The position numbers and the translations under genes are program-made. Below the pieces are notes generated by a model. It made no database searches, had not been told where the DNA came from, and saw nothing but the letters and a program-made list of their open reading frames with translations. A DNA stretch of 64,000 bases. It comes from Bispira polyomma. Taxonomy: Eukaryota. The DNA is taken from the NCBI GenBank assembly GCA_965649765.1, contig OZ287758.1:13020001-13084000 (forward strand). The letters run 5' to 3'. This document shows, in pieces, positions 13,595-26,455 of this stretch (within the stretch, counting starts at the first letter, position 1; the number at the start of each line of letters is the position of its first letter).

Positions 13595-14890
13595 AAAAGC
13601 ATTAGTATTAGTATTGTTAGACATATCAGCTGCTTTCGAGAGTATTGATCACAACGTCCTTATTGAAAGACTAAAAACCTGGTTTGGCCTGAAGGACTCT
13701 GTCTTGCAATGGTTTGTTTCCTATTTGTCAGACAGGTACAAGTCTATTAAAATTGGCCGTATTCTGTCTGGCTTACAAATGCTGAAATTTGGTGTGCCGC
13801 AAGGGTCTGTGCTTGGACTACTCCAATATTTATTATACACTACACCCCTTGGCAAAATTATTTCCTTCTATTCTTCTCTGAAGTATCACTTCTATTCAGA
13901 TAATACACAGATCTATGTGCACCTTACTCAAAACTCATCTGAAATCCTTCAGAAATGCTTAGTAAATGTTCAAAATTTGATGGCGCTAAATAAGCTCAAG
14001 CTGAATCCTGATAAAACCGAATTTATATTGTTTGGCTTGGGCACTCAATGTACTGAACTGTCAGATTCTTTTCCAGTAAACATTTTTGGACACTGTTATT
14101 CCCAACTGATAAAGTGAGGAACCTGGGAGTTTTGTTCGATAGTGATTTTTCCTTCTCCAGTCATATCCAATCAGTGTGTAAGTCATGCTTCATGGGTCTT
14201 AGAGACCTTATGAGAATCAGGAGGCACCTTTCAATAGCGGTTGCAATAACTGAAGCAAATGGCTGCTCTGGTAGGCAGCAGACTGGACTACTGCAATTCA
14301 CTGCATCGTAGTTTGACCAAAAAGGACCTAAACTAATTACAATGCATCAATAATTTATTGGAACGTCTGGTCAGTTATTCTGCTTGGCTTTCACATGCCT
14401 TACTGATTCTAAAGTCACTCCACTGACTCCAGTTAGGTATCGGTGTGTTTTTAAAACTGCTACAATAGTATATAAGTTTCTTGGCTCAGGTTTGCCTAAA
14501 TACTTTGAACCACACATATGTTATTACAAGTGTAATGTTAATACCAGGCAAGCTGCTCCTAAAATCATGTTCCTTCCTGTTCCAAAATATAAGTCCAAAC
14601 TGCACAGATCAAAGCTTCACTTTGATAAAAGTTTTGCAAATGAAGCTCCTTCACGATAGAATTGTTTGCCTCAACACATTAGGAAAGGTCTGTCCCTACA
14701 TTTCTTCCGGTGCAGTTTAAAGACCTATCTGTTCAATGATGCATTCCCTCCATAATCTGTTTCCTGTTCTCGGTGGAAGTACTGAAGACGACTTCCTTCG
14801 GTCCATCACCAATGACTTTTTGCTCTGGCTGTGTTTTTTTGCGCCTTAGAATTTGTTACAACAAAAATAAGCGCTGAAAAAGTCTGATAT
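13595..14890 (+). mobile_element. 5'-truncated L2-clade LINE (RT core to 3' tail), pseudogenised
   Basis: LLDISAAF..IDH, FGVPQGSVLG, decayed YADD (YSDN), LKLNPDKTEF, RNLGVLFDSDFSF, LDYCNSL, C-terminal LKTYLF..AFPP*, and a 3' stem GCGC..GCGC. Several frameshifts. Confidence 0.93.
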
Positions 14891-15109
14891 GTACAAACCT
14901 CAAGGATAAGCAATACTCACAGCTCTAATGGTGTGAGATTAACAGCCTGGTCTTAAAGTAAATTTTCTTTCTTTACAGCATACAACAAATTGCCTTCAAT
15001 TCATGTTTTAAATTAATTAGACCTTAGAGCCAACGTTGCTTTCATTCCCATGCACTGTTGCAGTGTTGCAACTTTATTTTCCCTCATCCAGTGCGATAGA
15101 ATGTTACAA

Positions 15110-15248
15110 GTTTCCTTCAAGTGGGCAAGTTCTTGCTAGAGTTTGGTGGTTTCCAGTACAATGAGTATTGGTTTTCTCCACAAGTACATATGGCTATTAG
15201 AATATGACCCAAATATCTTGAAAGTGGTATTAAACCAAAATAAATTCA
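15110..15248 (+). mobile_element. Old family B SINE 3' fragment
   Basis: ggtggtttcc..ggttttctcc..aatatgacc..ttgaaagtggtattaaacc..aattcaa. Confidence 0.55.
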
Positions 15249-15306
15249 ACGTCTTTACCAGTAGGGTCAGTTTAGATTTAATCCCAAACATATCTGACAA
15301 CATACT

Positions 15307-17666
15307 TTACTCTTCATCGTTGTATATGCCCCCAAAGCCAGTCAGGCAGGCGTCCAGATGCAGTTCATTTGCAAAAGGTATAATTTGTTTATAAATAAAT
15401 GTTATTCCGTTGAATTTTTTCATGAATGAAATGAACCATTGTAGGTCACTTTTCATTTCTTTGGTGACGTTGCACTTTTTGTTGTGATGGTTTTCCCTAA
15501 AAGCTGCCAGTAGTCTGTTAATAAACGAACGAGCCGGGATAACACATTTGTGCACATATAGTAGCTTTCCTAATAGGGATTGGAATTTTGTTTTGCCAAT
15601 GTATTTTTTGTCAATTGCGTCCACGCATGCCTCGTATACTTCGTTTAGCTTTTCTGGTTGAATGCTTATAGTGCCCTTATCTAGATCAAAATCAATCCCT
15701 AGGCATGTCAACTTCCTACAGGGTCGGGTAAGTTTGTCTGCATTCATCGGTAAGCCAAGTTTTGTAAGTAATGCATGTAACGTTTTGAAACCACGTTCAG
15801 CGTCATTTTTGTTAATAACACCAATATAATCGTCTATATACCCAAATAAGGTAAATCCTTTATTACGTATGTGTGACCTAATCGCGTCCGTGCAGCGCTG
15901 AAATGCAGAGCTGCTGTGTACCCATCCGAATGCAATTGCCGGATCGATGCAGTACTGGCCTTCCCAAAATATGCCCAGTTTTATTGCGTTCATTGGGTCA
16001 ACCCTCAAATTGCGGAACGCCTGCGCTACGTCAATTTTGAACAGCATAACGTTTTCTGTGTTCCGAATTGCTTCCGTGATGTTATCAATGGTTGGAAATT
16101 TGAGCGCGAACGCGACATTGTCAAATCTGTCCCTGACCACGTTGTCATTCAGGGATACCCCGTATGGGTGCAACAGGTTGAGTATAACGCGACATTTGTT
16201 ACCATCTTTGGGCCTAGTAAGTAGAGGAGAGCAGTTATAGTCAATTGAGTTAAATTTTCTTAATTGGGCCTAACATGGCACCCCATTGCTGTTCCTTTCT
16301 AAGATATTCTCCAACCTCATAGGGAAATTGAAGGGCAGAAAAATGATTCTTAATATCCTTGTTTCTAATCTTTCCTGGGTCATTCAAACAAAGGGGGAAC
16401 CTAAATTTTATGTACTGTATTAGGAGTTCGTCAGGATACTCCCTCAACATTTCTTCCCAAGTGTCAACGTTCAAATCAGAACTGATTGGTATCCTTGCTT
16501 GTTTGTAATTAGGTACCCCTGTGCTTTTAATGATCTGAGCAATTTCCAGAATTTTTGGAATTGTATCAATTTTTTCCCCAAGCCTATCAGGGCCTTGGAA
16601 CTAAAATTTAGTGGGAGAAAGTGCTAAGAACCCTATTTCCTTATTTCTGTCATTGAAATCCCTTATGTTGCTGCTATTCAGACTAGATGCATGAAACTGG
16701 TCTAAAGTGAAATTTTTAGGAAGTTTGGCAGAAGACGGACGGCGTGTGTATATTTTTTCACAATTTACCATACCTGTAGCTGTTTGGGTTTCAACCCCAG
16801 TATCTCTCCAGTGCTGCTTACTTTGGTTTTCAACAACATTACAATTGTTTACAGTTACTTCCTTTTCACAATTACATATCAATGAATCAATTATTTCTTC
16901 CATTACCTCAGTATAATCTTTACCATACTGCTGTAAATTACTTACATCTTTTTTATAGTTTCCAAAGACAATTTGTGCTTGATTTAATTCTCTCTGTGAT
17001 CTTAGCTCAACATAGTCATTATGCTCAACTTTCTTTCATCATCATTTCAAAAGAATTTACTATCTTCAATAACCCATCAGGTTCAAACTCTATTTTATAA
17101 AATAAAAAGGCAGCAGTGACCAGGTCGTATTCCATAAAGTGGAATCCCTTACTTAGACCATTAGGGTCAGCTATGTGTACTACTGGGTGTATGTTCCTAG
17201 TTACAACGTTCTCGTATACCCAATTTGTTTCGGAAATAGTCATAATTTCCTCTTTCCTGTCAATTTTGTCAGTACAAATTTGGTTTCCCTGTTCTAATGG
17301 CTGGTCATTACTGCCTGCAACAACATGCCCTCTATTTTGATCAAGAATTGAAGCGCTTTTTATGGTTTCTGTTATACTACCGTATATCTTACTAGGTGCG
17401 TTTGTGTCGAGTCTCGGCTCATCATCTGTGTTCCCACAGTAAGACACCCCTCCAGTGGTGTCGCTCAAATCGCCTCCTGAAACTTTTGATTCAATAATAA
17501 CAGAAGGCATATTATTTATATTTTTCAATACATTTTTGTCACATACATTATTCTCAACAATGTATTCATTTGAAACTACATTATGATTCTCAATAATGTC
17601 CTCATTGCTAGCAACATTGGAATTATTATTTGAACCATTATTACTGCCTTTAATTTTACTTTGCAT
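15307..17666 (-). pseudogene. DIRS/Ngaro pol: N-terminal extension, RT and partial RNase H
   Basis: Pieces 17025-17666, 16601-16903, an in-frame TAG at 16601-16603 followed by ...TGVPNYKQARIPI..WEEML..KFRFPL..NHFSA..GAMLGP, a frameshift near 16262 into CSPLLTRPKDG..RVILNL, then 15307-16173. Confidence 0.85.
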
Positions 17667-17696
17667 TGTCTCTTTATCTAGCTGTCGGTTGATTTC

Positions 17697-18944
17697 CTAT
17701 TTGTTACTGGAGTTGCTCTCAATTTTACTGGCATTAGCCTTAAAGCACTTGAACTCAGGGTGACTAGCATCTTTCCCTAGTATTTTGGCACAATGCCAGC
17801 AATTGTGTTTGTAATTTCCATGATCTGTTTTATATGAACATTTTCCACTATTGAAATGTTTACAAATTGTTTTAGCCTCCCCTGTGGTGCTGTTACTTAC
17901 AGAGTTACCATTACCCCCTTGGTGGTTGTTCGCCATAGCAAGCTGTGATGCATTAAGCCTATTAATGGCCACTGCGTGTTATCTGTGCATGTCAGCCTGC
18001 CCTCCTCTATTTCTTGCATATTCAATGCCCAGGCGGCGCGAACGACAGGCCATGGTAACGCGGCTGCGTCTCGGAGAGCATATACAAGTTGTTGAATAAT
18101 ACCACCCATCTCATTTGGGTCTGAAACGAGGAGAGTATTGGCCAGCTGCCCATTGGGGCAGTGAGAGGTCGTCGTATAATGGACGTTTGTGTGCAGCCCC
18201 ACCGACCCAGCCCTCATTCGGCCATCTGCGTTTAGCATCAGTTGTGGTGATGTCTGTGCTGTTAAATCGACCAGATTTTTGACGCTTACCTTGGGTAAGT
18301 TCCCTGAGAGCGGCCACCTCATACTGTGCTAACTGTTGAGTTACTGCCGACTGTACTGATGGCAGAGTTCTGAGTACATCGAGGTTTGGTACAATCCCGT
18401 CCCTGGTAAATTCCTGCAGGTTAGCTGGAGCCGGATGACCTTGTATCGCCGGGTTGATACAGGCCACATTCGTTGGTTGTGGTTGTGTATTGGTATGCAC
18501 AGGCCCTGTGAACATAGTCGTGGTTGGGTTCATGCCGTGTGTGGCCGAGAGGCCCTGAGGTTGCATCATGACTTGTTGATTTATCGCCCCAGATTCCACG
18601 CGATCGAGCCTCTGTGACAAGGCGATATTCGAGGATTCTAACCGTCTCAGGATATTAAGCATCTCGTCAGATACAGCTCCTCCCGACGGAGTCGCTTGTG
18701 AAGTGGTTTGCATACTAACAGGAGCCGAGGTACTGGCTAGAACGGGGACGTTATCTGGATTCCCAGGAGGTGCACTAGTATAACTTCTGACGGCCTCGTT
18801 CAGAAGACCTTGTAAGCTTCGTGATAAAGTGTTTACCTGTTGTCCCTTTTCACCAGATCTCCCTGCTGTTCCTCTGCCTTGACGTGCAGATGTTTGAGTT
18901 GTGCGGCTAACGGCGTTTTCTTTGTTTTTTACCCATGTCCTCAC
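17697..18944 (-). pseudogene. DIRS/Ngaro gag-like ORF with C-terminal Cys/His zinc knuckles
   Basis: KSGR..WPNE..YDDLSLPQWAAG; frameshift near 18140 into LRDAAALPWPVVRAAWA..QEIEEGRL; frameshift near 17970 into ..CKHFNSGKC..HGNYKHNCWHC..HPEFKC. Likely true start ATG at 18936-18934 with an extra A in an A6 run. Confidence 0.8.
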
Positions 18945-21900
18945 AAGGGTGTGAACTTTTAATTGACACTAGCAAGCGGTCAACATGCAATTGAAACACA
19001 AATAAAATTGTATAAAAAACTAAAATGTTGACTATAATCGTGTAACATGTAATTTTCCTTGTATAAAATATTTTGTGGTGCTTTCATCTCAGTAGCAAAT
19101 TCCAATATGGGGTCGTCCCTAAACCGCGGGAATTCCCCCAATAATACAGTGATCTGATTGGTTTTAAGAAGATGGACAGACAAATTTGTTAAGTATAGGA
19201 GAGGTTAATTCACACATTTATGGTAGTAATATAAAGTTTGTATGTGGACTGAAGCAGTAGTCCCCTGAAGTTGTCCTACTAACCAATATCAGTTAAATAG
19301 CATTTGGCAATTTAAAGACAATTCTAAATTCGAAGATCTGACAAAACAAGTGATACAATGATTTTACTTTGCCAACATTGTTTTGTTTATTTTTTTGTTG
19401 GTGTAGCTTTGCTACAGAAAAACAACAAGTTATAATTATATTATGATATATTTTTCTTTTATGATATTTTTCAGCCTATGAAGTTGTCGTGATAAATTGA
19501 CTGTACCAAGACTACAGTTATCTTTTTTAAGACCACCACTATGGTACGGCTAAATAATTAAGCAAACACTGCTTTAGATTTATTACACACTGTGCCATTG
19601 TGGTTCATTAAAATCTTGTATATTTAGATATTCATTGTGTGATCTACATGGTAAGGGGTTTTTAAAGTGCACCTACTTGTAATATATGTAATTAAATTGA
19701 TATCTTTGTGGAGTGGTTTTGGTATACACCGTTTGATACAAGAGTTATCGCTTTCTAGGTTAGCACGTTGTAAACATAAGCTTTATCAGAGAGATATGTC
19801 TGCTGTAAATTATACCAGGTGTGATTCAGAATACGAATTAGCATTAACCATTTCGACACTGTGAGAAAACTTTGGAGCATGTTGTTGAACCACAATGTAA
19901 GGTTTGGGAACCTGCCTTCTGGCAGTAGTTGGCCCTCAAACATTGGTACATCTCTATGCTCTTCTCCGAGAAAACTATTGCCAATGTAATTGTTTGAGGT
20001 AATAGCTCACAGATAGCTAGAGTCACTAAAACAGACTAATTCCAGCATTCAACAACGGCCTCATGTATAATGTGTTAAACAAAGGAGTCTGCTGTAGTAA
20101 CAATTTTCTACTGCAAGGAACTAAAGGAAAATTAATTAATATTTGTTTTTCTTGGTTCAACTGCTTGCCAACAGACAAAGCTTCTAGGGGTAATAAATGC
20201 TGTTTTCCTTAATTTTCATTATTAAATTGAAACCCAGTGAGGGTAGAAGTTAAAAATGTCCACACCCGCCTAACTAAGTACACAATGGTAATATTCTTTT
20301 TACTGAATGTTGTTAAAGAGTGACGTATAATTGATAATAGAATGCAATACAGTTTATATATATTACATGTACAGAGAAAGGTTTATCTCCTCTCGTTTAC
20401 GCCATTGTTAGGACTTTTTGCCATTATTATACACAGTATTATTTTATATTTTATTGACTTTTATGTCATTTTATTGCCACAGTGGCATTTTAAAATTTAA
20501 AGATCATCTTAAAATTTCTGAACAGTTGTAAATTAGAAAATGTAAATAAAATGTCCCCAACAGCATCAGATTTTCCATCACCAATAATCAAATTAAATAC
20601 TATATAACCTTATCACTTTTTGACCTCCATGTCAGACAACTTGACCTCAAAGGTCAACACTTGGTTACCTTTGGAGACTGCCACGAACAGGCACAAAAAT
20701 CGTAGTATGTGTGACGTCATGTAATTTAACTTCAACAGAGAGGGAGACATGTTATCTATCAGTTTTATGTTACAACCTTAAATGGAAAATATATATTTTG
20801 ATAACAACATAATAAGCTCCTTGAAGTAAATCACAGAAACTCACAGGTGTTAATATTAGTTCTGTATAAATATTAATATTTTGTATTGGTTACTGCTTTG
20901 ATTCCGTCAAAGTAAAAACATATATAGCCAATTAGTACAGTTATTGTTGTAAATGAAGGATTAGTCCATGTACACTTTTTAAGGCCTACAATAGTCATTT
21001 TTTTATCACAAAATTGTATTTATGCATTAATCACCAGAGTATACATATTACTGTTTGGTTTGTGTACTCCCAGTTGGACTTAGATATCTATAAACACTTT
21101 CCGGGTTTAGGAAAAAGCTTAAAAACTATCTATTCAAACTTGCTTTCAACACTCAATTCCCTCATCCCCAAATGTTTCCTTGACACCTGGCTATATTTTT
21201 TTTCTATACAAATAGATTTGTTAAGGGAACACAATACAATACCATTTATATGACATAAAGTGCAAATGGATACATATCACTATGGTATGTTCTATATTAA
21301 TGATATGGATGCTTACTTAAAGCTTCATTAAATATTGCAATACTTAAACGAATCTATTGGCCTTCGATCGGTTAATAATACACATTTTTTTTTCGAATGA
21401 CAACATTAACAAAGGTTTCATTAACATAAAGGCCTTTCACACTCAACTTTAAATAGTTTTTTCAATTTTTGTCACAACCATTGACCAAACAGAATAATTC
21501 GTTAACAAGTTGATATATGTTTTCCTCATTTGTCATTAAAAATTACCAACCTCAGTCACATTCTGTCTTTGTCTGTTATTCGTGTTTCAACCCTGCAATT
21601 AATGAAGCAGTACAAACTTTCAAAACATGAAACGTCACTTAGGTAATGTTTGGATAATTTCTTACGGTGATAGCTAATCAGGATGATGCCAAGAGACAAA
21701 GTAATGGCAAGGAAGAAACAAACTACTTGATGATATGGGACTGGACTATATTTCCTAAAAACTGTTATCTCCTATATATATTTACGCATTTGTAAGCAGT
21801 TATTCACTGGCACTTCAGATTTGGAATGTTTATTAAGTTGTGAAGCTCAATATTTGTTGTCATAAAAAAATAATCAGTTTCAATTTAAGTCTAAATTGAA

Positions 21901-22618
21901 GGATATTGAATTGTTTCGTCAGTAGTACACTACATGATTTGCATGTAAGTCTATTTCTAAATTACAATATTAACATAATTATTAAACATAAAGTAAAGAA
22001 AATAAGTGTCAGAATTTTTCAGTTTTAGTTATAATGGGATTACAGAATCAAATCATAAAATTCATAATATATTTTTGTTGATGTATTTCTTTATTTCCTT
22101 AATTAATCCACTGTTTATTTTAAGAATCAATTTTCAGGAAGTCGTATTTTTGATTTGTATATATGTAAACCAAAAAGAACAATAAATAATAATAAAAAAA
22201 TAAATTTCAAGAAAATAAAATTTTAGTAACAGATTATTCCTTGAACTGACCATAGTCCGTTTAATATTATAGTTTTAGTATTAAGTCTCACTAACTTTTT
22301 TATTCCACATCATTATAGATTATTATCTGCAATTAGATAGCTCATATCTTTCTAGTTGAATATCTAAAAGGGATGGGTACATTTGAGAAGGCAAAACAAC
22401 TAATAAAGCCTGGTGTTTTAATCTTTATGTTACCTCTGATCAATTGTCTCTTTCAGTAAGCTTCGGAGCCTTTAAAAGTTTCTTTCACACACATGTCATG
22501 TGTCATGTCAGCCTTTACTTGCATCTGATAAAACAGAGATAAAATCAAGTTCTATTGTAATCCAAATATAGCAATAATATATGACTTCCTTATATTTTAC
22601 ACACTGCTCTAAAATTAG

Positions 22619-22974
22619 TAAGCGTTTCCATGCAAGCAACTTTCTGAGGCGACCAGCCAACGTATAACAGGCAATTTTCAATTTTTATATTTCTATATAA
22701 TAATTTGAGAAAAATAGATACCTGTACTTAAACCTGAATATCTTAGCCATGTCTCAACCGATTTTGATGCAAAAAAAAGCACAATATACTCGACAAAATT
22801 TCTGAACATATTTTGATGAAATTTATACCTGCAGTAATTTTTGAGTTATTTAAAAAAATCGGCAATGTTTACAAGCCGACGGGCAATGCCAGGCGATTTT
22901 TTTTCGCTCCTGGTACTGACAAAATCGCCTGGCCTTGTCTGTTGCCTATTTTTGTTGCTCACATGGAAACACTT
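22619..22974. mobile_element. PIF/Harbinger-like MITE (~355 bp)
   Basis: TIRs AAGCGTTTCCATGCAAGCAAC (22620-22640) and GTTGCTCACATGGAAACACTT (22954-22974), 18/21 match. Internal TCGCC/GGCGA motifs. Confidence 0.7.
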
Positions 22975-23555
22975 GGTTATAAATCAATGAAACTGATAGG
23001 ATCGCCGTCGGCCGTCGCCTGATAGCCGAGTTTTGTATTGATTTAGATATATTTTATTATTCAAAACCATAAGAATGATATATTAGTAGATACTAACTAT
23101 TATTGTTAGACTGTTTACAATTGGAATGAAAGTTGGAAAATCCTTACTAGAAGAATGTACATTAAAGGTAAATCAAATTAGAAGATGTTCTCCATCATAC
23201 TTAGACATACTGTTTACAAGCCTCCAGATCATGTCTTGTGGTATGCTCTCCCATTTTCATGTTATGCTCCAGTGTGTTAATGAGATTTAACACCTTTCAT
23301 GAAAATCAAAGGGTTATAAGTTAACGCACATTGTAAGCTTAATATTTTACAGCAAATTTTTGTCTTCAGTAGTAGTCTAAATGGTACAAACTTTGTACAA
23401 CAACTTTCAAATATTTATTTCTCTCCATGTGTGTAATATACAGTACATTTACTATTGTGTATATTTGTGTATGTCTGCGTCTTTTGTAACTCTATGTATA
23501 CATGTGTTGTATGTTGAAAAAAAAGAGATTTAACTGCAGTCGTACGTAAGCTCTA

Positions 23556-23777
23556 TGAATTTGAATTTACTTGGGTTTTACATCACGTTTAACAGCTTCG
23601 GTCATATCGCAACAGCCAGGTTAAATCGTGGAAGAAACCAATGCTGAAGCCACTGTAAACGACTGACCTATGGCAAGTATTTGACAAAATTCCTGAAGAT
23701 AAACATAAAGAAACAAACGGGTGAGAGGCCAGTAATTGTGAAGTAGGTACTTTTAACCACTGGGCCACCACGGCCCT
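23556..23777 (-). mobile_element. Family B SINE
   Basis: On -: gggccgtggtggcccagtggttaa head and (TTCAAA)n-like tail. Confidence 0.75.
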
Positions 23778-23869
23778 CCGAATGCTCTGTGTGGTCAGTG
23801 GACCTCTCTGGTCAATTCATAAATGCAATATCTTTTCTTTCATACAAGCTTCAGTCACCGAGCTTTGAA

Positions 23870-24100
23870 GTCAATGTGAATTTCATTTGCTTTTACGTCG
23901 CTTACAACAGCTTAGGTCATATCATGCCGGCCAGATCCTATGGCGTAAGAAACCAATGCCAATGTACTCTAAAACATTGGCTTACAGCGAGTGCTTAACA
24001 AATTTTTCTATATTAAGCAATGGACGGGATTCAAACCCACATTGGTGAGAAGCCAGTGATTGTGAAGCAGGCACATTAACCAGCGCAGCCCTCAGTCCCC
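23870..24100 (-). mobile_element. Older family B-related SINE
   Basis: On -: ttcacaatcactggcttctcacc..gggtttgaatcc box B and gcgacgtaaaa end. Confidence 0.65.
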
Positions 24101-25654
24101 TGGGCAGTGTGTGGGATATATCAAATGTGATATATTTCTCATGTTTTACAAATGATGCTAAATATGTGCCATTGCAATAAAATAGAAATACAATTCAATC
24201 AATGCTGTTCTAATTTTAAAATGAAATCATTTTTAAATGACTAGAATATTTGACGATAATAAAACCCGTCATACAATAAAATTTTACACTGAATTGTTTA
24301 CATGTAAATGTGGTAGTAATAATATAACAACAAAAGTATTTGGACTAAGGTTGAACATTTATTATCACAGGTGTATGCAGAGAGTAGGTGATGTGTCATT
24401 TATGTCCATGAATTATTTACTGAAATGCTAAGTTGCAAAAGTAGTTTTAAGTACATGCTTATTAATGAGATACTTAGGTCAAATTTATATAAATAAGAGG
24501 ACTGCAGAATAATATAGTTACCTCATTGAGAGGAATTATAAAGTATACTTTAACACTATTTTATCTGAGTACTTGTCATTCCCCATCAAAAGAGAGAGAG
24601 AATAATGGGCCCTTGCTTTTATTGACTAGAAACTATATCTAAATGTGGGTATTTTATGAAAGTTTTACTTTAACAGAACAGTAATAAATGTTTTTTATTT
24701 CATATTTCTTGTACCTTGTAATGATGATGTATTGAATATTCACCTGAAATTAATTTGAGTTTAGTATAATATACGGAGCAAGCTGCCACCATCTTTTTGG
24801 ACTAAAAACACTAATTCTTCTTTTTGAGGATATATAGAGGTTGTTGCTAATATTATTAAAAATAGGAGCTGCGGCATATTTTTTCAAGTTTAAAAATTTT
24901 CAAATTTTTGTAAAGTTTTAAATAGAAGCAAATGTTGTAACTCATTTTTTTCTAACCTGCATCTGACTTCCTAACATAAACTCAACACCAATTTGAGCTT
25001 GAGCATAGACATTGCAAGATCAAAATCTCATCGTAATTTGACCTCAAACGGGTCATCTTGCCCTCAAAGGCTAAGTATTCTAATGGTTTGTTACAAGTGA
25101 CTGTAAATAGTAAAAGACTTCAAAGCCTACCTACCAGAGCATTGTACCTCTTGTTTATTGTAAATGACACTTGAATAAAAAGATACCTTCATTTAAAAAT
25201 TGTCTTTCCACTGTAGTTAACTAAAAGGACATTAAATAAAATAAAACTATAACATTAAGAATCAAGGTACACAAATGAAACTAATTTAAATTATCAAACA
25301 TTTAATTGCAGTTAATTTGTTCAATATTTGGTTTGAAAGCCTCTGTCCTGTACAATAGCCATTCTTTGAGTCATGCTGTATGCACTACTGTGACTTACCA
25401 AAACTTGCATATCGAGTACTCACAACATTTCTCTTGCAATTTTACAGTGCAGTTATTTCCTACATTTATCATGTACTTTTTGAAGAATAGACCTAAACGC
25501 TATCGAAGAGCTACTGGCAGAAACTATATAGTTAATAAGTCAGCACGTGTTGGTTGAAGTGAAAGCCAGATAGATATAACAAACATATCATTTAGGAGTT
25601 ATAGATAGGTTCATAGACCATGTTAAGTTTCCCAATATCAATGTAGGTCAGACA

Positions 25655-25815
25655 TTTTTATCAGGCACAGCCTGATATTGTTTTCACTCGTAAAGGGCGC
25701 TGCCATGTTAGATATATATATATGTAAAGCCTTTATGGATTAGTTGAAAGCAATCAATTTGGCCGAACTGAGGGGTGTCAAATTGATATTATGAGGCAAT
25801 TATCAGGCACAGTCG
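25655..25815 (+). repeat. Unclassified interspersed repeat, copy 2 of 3
   Basis: ttatcaggcacagcctgatat..gtaaagggcg..ctgaggggtgtca. TTATCAGGCACAG occurs at both ends. Confidence 0.7.
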
Positions 25816-26195
25816 GAGAGCTTAAAAGGATGAAGGTTTGTGATGTACTAGTGGGACACGAATCCTGGCCTCACTAGTACATGTAAAAAGTCAATCTATT
25901 AATTCACTCTTCTTTGAAATATAATTTAGGCCAAACCGAGGGGTGCCTGTTACAATGTGCGCCAATGTATTTTTTAAAAGACAACACTGGTTGGTATTAT
26001 ACAGGAGTACATTATGGCCTTGTCTGCGTCAAAATGGGATATCGCTTACAATGCATACAAACAACACCAAGTGTTTGAAGTATTTGACACTGGTTATTTA
26101 ATTTACAAACTAAACTAATCATTGCATATATACATACATAAACTATAATACATTTAGGAGTTTTGTAATTCTTAATGGTTATTTTATACTCACAG

Positions 26196-26455
26196 GATCC
26201 ATGCCATCAATCAGTGTCTCATCAAGTCCACCTGAAGACTGGTTGACACTGAGGATACTTCACTATACACCACTATACATCATCTCAAGGCCAGTATGCC
26301 TGATATGGACATGGATCAGCACAACAAAGCCACCTTCACAGATGAGAGTATCAAATTATTTTCTAAAAGACTTAAAAGAACCAGAGGCTTCATAGCCTGC
26401 GGTCAGCATCTACCCGTTGGACATTCTGGTTTGCCTCATGAACCTTGCCAGGATA
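26196..26455 (+). other. Probable spliced exon of the host gene (likely 5' UTR with uORFs)
   Basis: Acceptor ttttatactcacag| at 26195 and canonical donor |gtaagt at 26456. GC content above the flanks and no repeat similarity recognised. Confidence 0.55.

Larger units (their letters stand above)
15300..18950 (-). mobile_element. DIRS-order (Ngaro-like) tyrosine-recombinase retrotransposon, decayed and 3'-truncated
   Basis: gag, then a long pol. RT motifs FKIDVAQAFR, AFGWVHSSSAFQ, YIDD, CLGIDFD, FQSLLGKL; RNase H start LHLDACLTGFGG. Homology stops right after GIYNDEE, so the rest of RNase H and the recombinase are missing. The 5' non-coding end may extend to about 19300. Confidence 0.88.

Noticed and set aside
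15916-18617. Plus-strand ORFs opposite the DIRS element as a possible tyrosine recombinase or antisense gene
   Set aside because: No R-H-R-H/W-Y recombinase motifs. They are short shadow ORFs of the - strand coding sequence.
19475-19650. Possible upstream non-coding exon (ttttcag| ... |gtaagg)
   Set aside because: Splice-like sites are frequent by chance in AT-rich DNA, and there is no compositional or coding support.
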